A DNA stretch of 64,000 bases from Patescibacteria group bacterium (GTDB taxonomy: Bacteria; Patescibacteriota; Microgenomatia; UBA1400; PJMF01): contig JBMORP010000006.1 of NCBI GenBank assembly GCA_049322655.1, positions 192,410 to 256,409 on the forward strand, written 5' to 3'. The stretch's first letter is position 1. Each line of letters opens with the position of its first letter. The notes below the pieces were generated by a model, which was given only the letters and a program-made list of their open reading frames with translations, was not told the origin of the DNA and did no database searches. Positions 46,850-56,208 of this stretch are shown piece after piece. The position numbers were made by a program, and so were the translations under genes.

Positions 46850-47953
46850 TTAATTTCCTTCAGTCAAATATTGAGGATCAATTGCCGGAGCATAACCGAC
46901 AAACCCATTATCACCAGTAAAAACATAGATTGGCTGTAAGTATTCTTGTTCGTTTTCCCAATCTTCGTAATAACCAAGCTTAACTTCTCTAATGACAGCT
47001 TCCTCACTTTTCCCCTTGGCTGCTACATAACCACCGCCAGATTGTAAAACCTGCCAAGCAGACCGAGCTGATCTAACTGGATAGGTTTCAACTTGAGTAT
47101 AGTCTATTGGCCGATAATGATACTCCAAATCAACAATACTTTCTTGACCAGATAAAACCCCCGAAATAACTGCCGTGATCACTCCTTTCTTAGGATCTGG
47201 ATTGTACATCTCGTATTGTTCATCGACAACTGTTCTATCTAAGTTAATTTGAATGAAATCTGCATCAGATAAAGAAAAAGCCTCTTCAAGTTCGCCTCCT
47301 AAAGACTTCAAAAATACAGCTTCACCTGGAGCAGTAGCAATATCTTCTGGCAATAAATCAGTTCTATCCAAGAAAGCTTTGACTCTTCTGACAGCGTCAT
47401 ATTCTTCAGGAGTCTTGCCAGTACTGACAATTAGCTCTGGTTTTGACAAATAATTAGTTTTGTAAGAAAACGTCTTGTTTCTAATATCTATTTCCAAACT
47501 AGCATCCAAAGCTCCTGTTTTGGTCCAGCGATAAGTTCTACTATCCAAGAGTTGAGGTTCAAAAATAAAACCATAAGTAGCAGCAATTTTCTTGATTTCT
47601 TGATCAGCCAAAAGATTAGCCGAAGCCTTGGGCATCAAGAAAACCTTTGCTCGATCAATATCAAACTCTGGCAGACGGTTACCCAAACCAGTTTCCAAAC
47701 GATAACTCTTAGGACGGTCAGCTTCTGTCTGTAAAGGAAACTTTATATCAGTCAAAAATCCAAAACCAACCGTAGGAGGTGGTGGTGGGGCAGGATGGGT
47801 AGCCTTCCAATAAGCGATAAAAGCTGAAAAAAGCATTCTACCCACCATCAAAACGACCAAAGTAATGGTGCCATATTTAACAAATAATCGGCCAGCCTTG
47901 GTTGCGGCAGTCAAGTTAGCTGTTGGTGGTTGAATACTAGAACTAGAAGCCAT
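46850..47953 (-). CDS. Hypothetical membrane-anchored protein with poly-Pro segment
   Basis: N-terminal TM; PAPPPPPT; large extracytoplasmic domain. Confidence 0.3.
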   Translation of the reverse strand: MASSSSIQPPTANLTAATKAGRLFVKYGTITLVVLMVGRMLFSAFIAYWKATHPAPPPPPTVGFGFLTDIKFPLQTEADRPKSYRLETGLGNRLPEFDIDRAKVFLMPKASANLLADQEIKKIAATYGFIFEPQLLDSRTYRWTKTGALDASLEIDIRNKTFSYKTNYLSKPELIVSTGKTPEEYDAVRRVKAFLDRTDLLPEDIATAPGEAVFLKSLGGELEEAFSLSDADFIQINLDRTVVDEQYEMYNPDPKKGVITAVISGVLSGQESIVDLEYHYRPIDYTQVETYPVRSARSAWQVLQSGGGYVAAKGKSEEAVIREVKLGYYEDWENEQEYLQPIYVFTGDNGFVGYAPAIDPQYLTEGN

Positions 47954-47962
47954 GTCCTTATT

Positions 47963-48943
47963 CTACAAACTTTCTTTACTAATTTGGAGAGGAAACTCGA
48001 CTTTTTGCCATTGTAAATTATCTTTTAACCAATTAAGTAACAAACTTGTATCCTGATAACGATCTTCACTTCCCATAACTACAGTAATATATTGATGTTG
48101 ATTGACTTCACTAACACTCACCAATACTTCTTTGGCCAAAGGGGTTGTGCCAGTTTTACCAGCAATCACCCCTGATTCACTACCCAAAAGTTCATTGGTT
48201 GAAAAAAGAAAATGCCTGGTTTTGCCATCAATACTCTCCACTACATAGTTCTTTAGACTCATCCATTCTGCAATTGGTTTTTCTTGAAAAACCTTCATGG
48301 TTAAAACTGCCAAATCATGAGCAGTACTTAAATTATCAGGATGGTCATAACCAACTGCATTAGTAAAATTAGTACTTGTTAAATTCAATTCTTGAGTAAA
48401 TTTATTCATCTCTTCGATAAATGACTCATAACCATCAACAAAACCATCGGCTAAAGCATAAGCAGCATCATTAGCTGAACTAATTAATGATGCAGCTGCT
48501 AGATCTTTTACTTTCACTTGTTCTAATGGGAAAAACCCAACGCCATTATTTGCTTTCACTGAAGCGGTAGAGACAGCAATCACTTGGTCTAAATCGTAAT
48601 TTTTTAAAGCGGTATAGACAGTCATTAACTTAGTAGTTGAAGCCGGAGAAAGAGGTAATTGAGGATTTTTTTCCAATAAAATCGTTTGCGTAGTATTATC
48701 AATCACAAAAAATGCTTCTGCTGTCACATAACTCGCTAGTTGTTCAGCAGTCATGACCAATTGTGCCGATTCGCTAGCTACAAAAATAGGCTGTTCAAAC
48801 TCAGTAAATAAATTTACTTCGTATTGTGGAGCTTGATAGAAAAAACCCTTTTTTCTCAGGAGTAATAGTCCTTCAACACTTAAAATCGTGACTAGCAACA
48901 ACAAATAAAACCAACTAAATAAATACCGAGATTTTTTCTGCAC
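47963..48943 (-). CDS. D-alanyl-D-alanine carboxypeptidase (peptidase S11, low-MW PBP)
   Basis: SxxK (ASTTK), SxN (SANDA), KTG (KTGTT). Confidence 0.8.
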   Translation of the reverse strand: MQKKSRYLFSWFYLLLLVTILSVEGLLLLRKKGFFYQAPQYEVNLFTEFEQPIFVASESAQLVMTAEQLASYVTAEAFFVIDNTTQTILLEKNPQLPLSPASTTKLMTVYTALKNYDLDQVIAVSTASVKANNGVGFFPLEQVKVKDLAAASLISSANDAAYALADGFVDGYESFIEEMNKFTQELNLTSTNFTNAVGYDHPDNLSTAHDLAVLTMKVFQEKPIAEWMSLKNYVVESIDGKTRHFLFSTNELLGSESGVIAGKTGTTPLAKEVLVSVSEVNQHQYITVVMGSEDRYQDTSLLLNWLKDNLQWQKVEFPLQISKESL

Positions 48944-48992
48944 AAAACCAATTGTAAGGATTTTTTTACTAATGCTCTAGGGCCAGATAAAA

Positions 48993-50402
48993 TTATTTTT
49001 TATCCGGATTAACTGTTAACGATAGTTCTTTTAACTGTTCTGGATCTACTTCACTAGGACCATCCATCACCGCGGTTTTACCTGAAGAAGTCATTGGAAA
49101 AGCAATTGTTTCTTTCAAAGATTCTTCTCCAGCCAATAACATCACTAATCTATCCAAGCCCAAAGCAATTCCACCATGAGGAGGGGTCCCCAACTCAAAG
49201 GCTTTTAACATATGACCCACACCAGCCTCAATCTGATCTGCCGTATAACCCATAATCTCAAAAGTAGCTTTTAACAATTCTGGTTTATGAGCTCTGATAC
49301 TTCCACCACCCACTTCATAACCATTACAAACCAAATCATATTGAGCTGTCATGATCTTTTCAATGTTTGTCTTAGCCAGGTGATCTTTTTCATTTTCTGG
49401 CAAAGGAGTACTAAAAGGATTGTGCGTAAATGTCCAACCACTCTTGCCATCTCTAACTTCAGCGATATCTTTCTTATCAACTTTTTTGAAAAAAGGAAAA
49501 TTAATCACCCAAGCAAAAGCCAACACCCCTTGTTCTTTTTCTTCTTCGGTTCGCAAATCAAAACGATCCTCACCATATTTTTCCATAGCCTCTTGATAAG
49601 TTACTACAGGAAACTTTTCACTTTGCAGTTGACCACCAACTTTTTTAACGGCTTGTTTGACTGTTTTTTCCACCAAATCCATTACTTGTTGCTGATTAAC
49701 AAAACTCATTTCCAGATCTAACTGAGTAAACTCAAAGCCACGATCTGCTCGCAAATCTTCATCACGAATACAACGAGCTACTTGAAAATAACGTTCAAAA
49801 CCAGCCGTCATTAGTAACTGTTTATACTGTTGTGGACTCTGGGGCAAAGCATAAAACTTACCTGGATTAAATCTCGAAGGTACCAAAAAATCGCGAGCTC
49901 CTTCTTTGGTGGATTTAGTCAACATTGGGGTCTCGATTTCGACGAATTCTTCAGCATACAAACCATCACGAATGGCTCTGATAAATTCAGAACGCATTCT
50001 CATAATTTTCTGCATTCTCTTGCGACGTAAATCTAAATATCTGAACTTTAATCTAGCTTCCTCATTAATCTCTTTACCATCAGTATCAACAGAAATTGGT
50101 AATTCTTTGGCTTTATTTAAAACTTCATATTCTTTAACTTCAATTTCAATACCACCGGTAACTAAATCTTTGTTAACTAATTTTTCTGGTCGTTGTTTAA
50201 CTAAACCAGTAATAGCAAGCACCGATTCAGTAGTTAGCTCACCCATCATCTGCCAGCCAACACACTGCACAATGCCACTCTTGTCTCGTAAATCAATAAA
50301 GGTTAATTTGCCGTGATCTCTCTTGGTATCCACCCAACCTTGTAAAACCACCGTTTCACCAACTAACTCTGGAGTTTGAGCAATATAAGTTCGTTCTGTC
50401 AT
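48993..50402 (-). CDS. aspS: Aspartyl-tRNA synthetase, bacterial-type motifs but lacking the GAD insertion domain
   Basis: Motif 2 IRDEDLRADRGFEFTQLDLE; motif 3 GGIALGLDRLVMLL; N-terminal OB fold; only 469 aa. Confidence 0.8.
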   Translation of the reverse strand: MTERTYIAQTPELVGETVVLQGWVDTKRDHGKLTFIDLRDKSGIVQCVGWQMMGELTTESVLAITGLVKQRPEKLVNKDLVTGGIEIEVKEYEVLNKAKELPISVDTDGKEINEEARLKFRYLDLRRKRMQKIMRMRSEFIRAIRDGLYAEEFVEIETPMLTKSTKEGARDFLVPSRFNPGKFYALPQSPQQYKQLLMTAGFERYFQVARCIRDEDLRADRGFEFTQLDLEMSFVNQQQVMDLVEKTVKQAVKKVGGQLQSEKFPVVTYQEAMEKYGEDRFDLRTEEEKEQGVLAFAWVINFPFFKKVDKKDIAEVRDGKSGWTFTHNPFSTPLPENEKDHLAKTNIEKIMTAQYDLVCNGYEVGGGSIRAHKPELLKATFEIMGYTADQIEAGVGHMLKAFELGTPPHGGIALGLDRLVMLLAGEESLKETIAFPMTSSGKTAVMDGPSEVDPEQLKELSLTVNPDKK

Positions 50403-50689
50403 ACTTGGTATTATAACCAGACTTTTCAGATCTTAGTAGGACTCTTCTCTGATCAAGAAGTATTTTTGATATATTGTGATATAATTACTCGAGTTAAAAC
50501 TCTCCAATAAAATTTGTTTGCAGTTATAACTATTGCTCTTTGAAAAAATAACTAAAAAAAGAGCTCTCTAGTGTTGGCTTAAAACAAGCTAAAACTAGAG
50601 GGCTTTTCCAAAAGACCTCCCTTCGGTCTCAATCATCACCGCGATGACTCTATGACTGAAGGTCTGCAAAGGAAGGAGGTAAACTTTTT

Positions 50690-50818
50690 ATGGCTATTCG
50701 CTCAACAATCGTTCGGGATTTGTTCAAAAAACTTATCCCTCGCAAGAAGAGCAAAAAACCCAAAAAAGTCAGCCGGCCAACACAACCGGTTCGACCTAGC
50801 CAATCTCGGCAAGTCTAA
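50690..50818 (+). CDS. 42-aa highly basic micro-ORF (MAIRSTIVRDLFKKLIPRKKSKKPKKVSRPTQPVRPSQSRQV) with strong RBS
   Basis: AAGGAGGT 9 nt upstream of ATG; different frame from track ORF 50652..51092. Confidence 0.3.
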   Translation: MAIRSTIVRDLFKKLIPRKKSKKPKKVSRPTQPVRPSQSRQV

Positions 50819-50827
50819 CTCCACAAA

Positions 50828-50856
50828 TCTCCCCGTCAGTTCAACTGACGGGGAGA
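50828..50856. repeat. 13-bp perfect inverted repeat TCTCCCCGTCAGT-tca-ACTGACGGGGAGA
   Basis: Read directly, immediately after micro-ORF stop; no U-tract. Confidence 0.6.
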
Positions 50857-50915
50857 CCCCTTCAAACTTCTGTCACAATATATATTTATCTAGTAAATTA
50901 ACAATTAAAAAAATT

Positions 50916-51092
50916 ATGGAAACACTTTCACAAACATCATGTAAGCACTGTGGAAGCACGGAACACACCACTGAAAATCATGAACAAGCAGATGGTATCG
51001 CAGCTGTTTGGGCAACATATCTTGATATCTCTAACTCAGATGAACCTGAAGATCAGGAATTTGCTGAAGAGATGATAGACGATTTAAATTAA
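50916..51092 (+). CDS. 58-aa acidic small protein with one CxxC (METLSQTSCKHCGS...EEMIDDLN)
   Basis: C-terminal part of track ORF 50652..51092 starting at internal ATG; no obvious SD. Confidence 0.25.
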   Translation: METLSQTSCKHCGSTEHTTENHEQADGIAAVWATYLDISNSDEPEDQEFAEEMIDDLN

Positions 51093-51116
51093 CTATTATT
51101 CAGCTATACTATTTTT

Positions 51117-52235
51117 GTGCAAGTTAGTTTTTGGCAATGTCATCAACAAAAGATTTTCTTGGCATTCTTAGTGATACTAACTACTTTTGTTGGTTTTATG
51201 TTGGGTAATTTTTTCCCTATCACCCAAGAAACACCTTTACTTTCTCCTTTTATTGACAAAAACCTAGTAAAAAAAGAGCTAACTCTATTGCAATACACTA
51301 TCCCTAACTTAAAAACTCGTCGCTATGCCCCCAGTCAAATTACTTTAGAAAAAATAATTACTGAAAATTCCACTCATACTACTTACTTATTTTCATATTT
51401 AAGCAACCAACAAAAAATTACTGGCCAACTTAATATTCCCCAAGAGGCAATAGAAAATCCTACGACACCCACCCCAGTTATCTTGTTGATCAGAGGCTAT
51501 GTGCCTCTAGAAACCTATCAAACAGGAACTGGCACCCAAAATGCTGCTAAAGTTTTTGCTGAAGCGGGCTACATAACAATTGCCCCTGATTTTCTTGGCT
51601 ATGGAGAAAGTGATCCAGAACCAACAGATAGTTGGGAGGCAAGGTTTGTCAAACCAATTCAAATTGTTGAGCTAATCTCTACTATCAGAACTCAAACATT
51701 TTTGGAGTTTTCTTCAGTTGAAACTACTCAAAAAGCTAGCTTAAACCCAGAAAAGCTAGGTATTTGGGCCCACAGTAATGGTGGCCAAATTGCCCTGACC
51801 AGTCTGGAAATCCTAGAGCAAGCCATTCCCACCACTTTATGGGCGCCAGTCACCGTGCCATTCCCTTATTCTGTCTTGTTCTATACCGATGAAATGGCAG
51901 ATGAGGGCCGGGCTACTAGAATGTGGCTGAGTGAATTTGAAAAAAACTATGACCCAAGAGAGTTCAGTCTGACGCAATATTTAGAATCACTAATTGGGCC
52001 AATTCAACTTCATCATGGGACCGCCGATGAGGCTGCCCTTAAAACCTGGTCTGATGAGTTTGTCCAAAAAATAGCCGCCATCAATACTAAAAGAGAAGAG
52101 AGCAACCAACCAACTATTGAATTAGATTACTACACCTATCCTGGCGCAGATCACAATATGCTACCTGTTTGGAACACGGTGATTCAAAGAGATTTAAAGT
52201 TCTTTAACCAAGAATTTAATAAATCAAAATTATGA
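51117..52235 (+). CDS. Membrane-anchored alpha/beta-hydrolase (S9/dienelactone-hydrolase-like)
   Basis: GxSxG elbow WAHSNGGQ; His region LHHGTADEA; GTG start, uncertain. Confidence 0.6.
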   Translation: MQVSFWQCHQQKIFLAFLVILTTFVGFMLGNFFPITQETPLLSPFIDKNLVKKELTLLQYTIPNLKTRRYAPSQITLEKIITENSTHTTYLFSYLSNQQKITGQLNIPQEAIENPTTPTPVILLIRGYVPLETYQTGTGTQNAAKVFAEAGYITIAPDFLGYGESDPEPTDSWEARFVKPIQIVELISTIRTQTFLEFSSVETTQKASLNPEKLGIWAHSNGGQIALTSLEILEQAIPTTLWAPVTVPFPYSVLFYTDEMADEGRATRMWLSEFEKNYDPREFSLTQYLESLIGPIQLHHGTADEAALKTWSDEFVQKIAAINTKREESNQPTIELDYYTYPGADHNMLPVWNTVIQRDLKFFNQEFNKSKL

Positions 52236-53369
52236 AACCTGTTTTTTATCCGCTAGTAAATTAGTTGAGCCTTGTCTATAAGTTTCAATCTTTTCGATTT
52301 TTCTTTCCATTTGTTTAGCCCGAGTTTCAGTGATTTTTTCATAACCACCCTTCAAGGTATCGATTGATCGACCAAATTTATCAAATTCTTCTCTAAACTT
52401 GCCCCACTCTTGAACAAAATCATCAACATATTTAACTACTTCTTTGAGTTTATCTCCAATCATAAAGTTGCGATAACTTTCCATCACGGTTCTAGCCACA
52501 ATCAAGAAAGTAAAAGGAGAAACTAAAATAATTCTCTTGGCCAAAGCATAATCAACCAAGTTAGAGAACTGTTGATTAATAAAAGAGAAAACCATCTCAT
52601 TTGGTACAAAAAGAATGGCATAATCCAAAGTATCTTCTTCTGGCTTAATATACTCAGCCACTTTGTTAATTTTTGTTTTTAAATCAAGACCAAACTGTTT
52701 GAGGTGATCTTCTTTAGCTTTCTTGGTTTCTGCCACACTCATTTTTTGAATTTCTTGATAAGGAAATTTAACATCAACTGCTACCAACCTTTTATTAGGT
52801 AATAACAAAGTAATATCTGGTTTGAGTGTAGTTGTCCCCAACTTAGTTTGGCGTAAATAGTGAACACCTTCTACCAACCCATTAGCTTGCATCAAATCTT
52901 CAATAATTCGCTCTCCCCACTCACCTCTAGATTGGTTATTAGATAATACTTTGGCTAATTGCTCAGTAGAGGTCTTGAGATCTTTGGTTAACTCTCGATG
53001 CTCAGACAAAGCACTGGTAATTTCTGCAAATTTTTTGACTCGATCTTGTTCCAAAACTCTAATTTCCTTTTGCCTATCAGCCAAGTCTTTTTGTAAATCT
53101 ACAACCAGTTTTTCAATTACTCGTTGTTTATTATCCAAATCAACTTTAATGTTTTCTTTTTCACTTTGTAAAATTTGTTTGCTCTGAGCAGCAATTTTAC
53201 CAACACTCATCCCAAAAACCTTATTAACTACGTCTTCAATTTCCTGGTCTGCTGAGGTTTTACTGGTTAAAGATTTTTGCAAAGTCAAATACAAAATTAC
53301 AAAACCACCAATTACAATAATAAAAAGAAGAACAATCCATAGTGTCATAGTTGACTGGAGTATACTCAA
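52230..53369 (-). CDS. rmuC: DNA recombination protein RmuC
   Basis: N-terminal TM, long coiled-coil, C-terminal RmuC nuclease-like region (AILFVPNE). Confidence 0.7.
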   Translation of the reverse strand: MSILQSTMTLWIVLLFIIVIGGFVILYLTLQKSLTSKTSADQEIEDVVNKVFGMSVGKIAAQSKQILQSEKENIKVDLDNKQRVIEKLVVDLQKDLADRQKEIRVLEQDRVKKFAEITSALSEHRELTKDLKTSTEQLAKVLSNNQSRGEWGERIIEDLMQANGLVEGVHYLRQTKLGTTTLKPDITLLLPNKRLVAVDVKFPYQEIQKMSVAETKKAKEDHLKQFGLDLKTKINKVAEYIKPEEDTLDYAILFVPNEMVFSFINQQFSNLVDYALAKRIILVSPFTFLIVARTVMESYRNFMIGDKLKEVVKYVDDFVQEWGKFREEFDKFGRSIDTLKGGYEKITETRAKQMERKIEKIETYRQGSTNLLADKKQVS

Positions 53370-53397
53370 ATATTAGGCTTGGCTCTAGAAGTAAAAT

Positions 53398-53850
53398 ATG
53401 CAACTCGCAAAATCAAGATTAAAAAACACCTCACTTGTCCAGCCTGCTATCAAAAACAGAGAACCTCTTAATAAACAACAAAAAAAAACTCTCCAGCCAC
53501 TCCAAAACTACCTTCAATTAATACCAACTCTAACTATGGCTATGCTTTGTTATTTCGGTTTATGGTTATTAATCAAGTTTATTCATCCAACTGTTATACA
53601 AAATTGGATTTTCCCCAATAGCTATTTGCCATTTCATTTTTTATTAGGTCTAGGTAACTTTTTTTTGTTTAGTTTTCTTGGTAGAAGAAAAATTTGGGGG
53701 TTTTTTAGCAGTGTTTTGCTTGGTTGGTTAGCTTTTCTACAGCTACAACAAATCGAGCTAGATTTTTGGGCGATTGGTAGTTCATTAGTTTTAGCGATTA
53801 CTGCTAGCTTTTGGTGGTTAGTAATAAAAATTTTTAATAAGGGTAATTAA
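53398..53850 (+). CDS. Hypothetical membrane protein
   Basis: 4 TM helices. Confidence 0.3.
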   Translation: MQLAKSRLKNTSLVQPAIKNREPLNKQQKKTLQPLQNYLQLIPTLTMAMLCYFGLWLLIKFIHPTVIQNWIFPNSYLPFHFLLGLGNFFLFSFLGRRKIWGFFSSVLLGWLAFLQLQQIELDFWAIGSSLVLAITASFWWLVIKIFNKGN

Positions 53851-53877
53851 TCAATAAATCTACGCTATAATAAGCCT

Positions 53878-55341
53878 GTGAAAGATACTTTTTATTTAAC
53901 AACCACCCTACCCTATGTCAATGCAGAACCACACATTGGTTTTGCGTTAGAAATTGTAGCTGCTGATGTCATTGCTAGATATCAACGAGATATTCTCAAC
54001 AATAAGGTTATCTTTAATACCGGTACAGATGAACATGGTCAAAAAATTTACCAAAATGCGATTGATAATAATCAAGATCCACAAGCTTATGTTGACCACT
54101 ATGCTGCTAAGTTTGAAGATCTAAAAAAACTACTCAATTTAAGTTATAGCCACTTTATTAGAACTACTGACAAAAACCATGTTGTTGCTGCTCAAAAATT
54201 CTGGGAAATCTGTAATAACAATGGTTATATTTATAAAAAAGAATACAAAACCAAATACTGTATTGGCTGTGAGCTAGAAAAAACTGATTCTGAATTAGAT
54301 GATGGTAAATGTCCTTTACATCCAAATAAAGAACTTGAAATTAGAGAAGAGGAAAACTACTTTTTTAAGTTTTCGGCTTTCCAACAACCATTATTAGCTC
54401 TTTACGAAAAAAATCCAGAATTTGTTAAACCAGCTGGAAAGATGAAAGAAATTAAAGCTTTTGTCGCTAACGGCCTCCAAGACTTTAGTATTTCTAGACT
54501 AAAAGAAAAAATGCCCTGGGGTATTCCAGTCCCCAATGATCCAAATCACGTCATGTATGTCTGGTTTGATGCTTTAGTTAACTACATTTCTACTTTGGGC
54601 TGGCCGAATGAAAACTCAGTTTTTAATAAATTCTGGCCTGGAATCCAGGTAGCCGGTAAAGACAATCTCCGTCAACAAGCAGCTATGTGGCAAGCAATGT
54701 TACTAGCAGCTGGCATCCAACCTTCAAAACAAATCTTAATTAATGGTTTCATTAGCGTTGATGGTCAAAAAATGAGTAAATCTTTAGGCAATGTAATTGC
54801 TCCAGCTGAAATGGTAGAACGCTATGGTGTTGATGCAACAAGATATTTATTAATGAATCTTGGGCCTTTTAGAACTGATATGGATGTCAGCTGGGAAAAA
54901 TTGGACATGGTTTATCAATCTAAGTTAGCAAACAATATTGGAAATACAATATCGAGGGTAGCTAAAATGTGTGAGAATTCAGGCATTGGCTATCAAGGTT
55001 CTTACAAACCATGGAAGTTTAAAACAAAAAAAGATGGAGAAGAAGCTAGCTTTGCTTTAGATAGTGCTAGAAAAGAAATGATAAATTTTCAATTGAGAAG
55101 TGCTTTAACTGATATTTCTCTTTATACAAATTTTATTGAAGAAAAACTAAGTAAAGAAAAACCCTGGAAACTGGAAGGCGAAAAACAAAAAGAAATTTTA
55201 CAAACTACTATCAGCAGCATTATTGAACTTGCAAAATCTTTGCAACCATTCATGCCAACTGTGTCAGAGAAAATTATTACCCACTTCTCTCAAGAAAAAA
55301 TCACTGCACTGAAACCTCTTTTCCCTAGATTGGAGAAATAA
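53878..55341 (+). CDS. metG: Methionyl-tRNA synthetase (short form)
   Basis: HIGH-like PHIGFA, KMSKS. Confidence 0.85.
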   Translation: MKDTFYLTTTLPYVNAEPHIGFALEIVAADVIARYQRDILNNKVIFNTGTDEHGQKIYQNAIDNNQDPQAYVDHYAAKFEDLKKLLNLSYSHFIRTTDKNHVVAAQKFWEICNNNGYIYKKEYKTKYCIGCELEKTDSELDDGKCPLHPNKELEIREEENYFFKFSAFQQPLLALYEKNPEFVKPAGKMKEIKAFVANGLQDFSISRLKEKMPWGIPVPNDPNHVMYVWFDALVNYISTLGWPNENSVFNKFWPGIQVAGKDNLRQQAAMWQAMLLAAGIQPSKQILINGFISVDGQKMSKSLGNVIAPAEMVERYGVDATRYLLMNLGPFRTDMDVSWEKLDMVYQSKLANNIGNTISRVAKMCENSGIGYQGSYKPWKFKTKKDGEEASFALDSARKEMINFQLRSALTDISLYTNFIEEKLSKEKPWKLEGEKQKEILQTTISSIIELAKSLQPFMPTVSEKIITHFSQEKITALKPLFPRLEK

Positions 55342-55344
55342 ATC

Positions 55345-56190
55345 GTGAAAATCATTGATACTCACTGCCACTACAATCTTGAGCCTTTGTTTTCTGGTAA
55401 AAAATCACATTTCAAACTAACAGATGATAGCCAACTATTAGCAATGTCTTGGCAAGATCATTGGCAAAAAGCTCAGCAACAGGCTGTGGTGGGCGGAGTA
55501 GTTGTTGGAGCCAGTAAAACATCTTCTTTATCTGCTCTGGAAATAGTTAAAGATAAAACTCAATTAATTGCTGCCATTGGTATTCACCCTCATGAAGCAG
55601 AAAAACATTCATTAGTTGAATACGAAGAGTTTTTAACTCATCTCTTACCCAACCCAAAAGTTAAAGCTATCGGTGAAACAGGTTTAGATTATTTTAAATT
55701 ACCTAGAAATGATAAATTTGAAAAAACTAAAAAAGCTCAGCAGCAACTATTTGAGCTACAAATTAGCTTAGCCAAAAAATATCGGCTACCAATTATTGTT
55801 CATGTCAGAGATGACCAAGAAGAGGCTTATTGGGAAACATTAACTATTCTCCAACAACAATTAGATAAAGATTTGAGATTTGTACTTCATTGTGTGTCTG
55901 GACCAAATAACTATGTTCAAACAGCTTTAGAAATGGGTGGCTATATTGGTTTTGATGGCAACATTACTTATAAAAATGCTAATGATCTTAGAACACTTTT
56001 TAAAATCGTTCCAAATGACAAACTCTTGCTAGAGACAGATGCTCCTTACCTACCTCCTCAAAATTATCGTGGCCAAGTTTGTGAACCATGGATGATTACT
56101 TTAACCGCCAAATATTTAGCAGAAAACTTTGCCACTAACTTAGACCAAGTTTTCGTTAATAGTGAAAAATTCTTTTCTTACCATTTTTAA
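55345..56190 (+). CDS. tatD: TatD-family metal-dependent DNase
   Basis: IDTHCH N-terminus; metG-tatD synteny. Confidence 0.8.
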   Translation: MKIIDTHCHYNLEPLFSGKKSHFKLTDDSQLLAMSWQDHWQKAQQQAVVGGVVVGASKTSSLSALEIVKDKTQLIAAIGIHPHEAEKHSLVEYEEFLTHLLPNPKVKAIGETGLDYFKLPRNDKFEKTKKAQQQLFELQISLAKKYRLPIIVHVRDDQEEAYWETLTILQQQLDKDLRFVLHCVSGPNNYVQTALEMGGYIGFDGNITYKNANDLRTLFKIVPNDKLLLETDAPYLPPQNYRGQVCEPWMITLTAKYLAENFATNLDQVFVNSEKFFSYHF

Positions 56191-56208
56191 GTTACAATAC
56201 AACCACTT

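Noticed and set aside
50403-50700. T-box riboswitch in the aspS leader
   Set aside because: No T-box consensus (AGGGTGGNACCGCG) and no specifier-loop architecture.
50652-51092. 146-aa ORF from the track, taken as a single CDS
   Set aside because: Its middle is low-complexity. It reads through a strong-RBS micro-ORF in another frame and through a 13-bp hairpin. It is more likely a merge of an intergenic region with a small C-terminal ORF.
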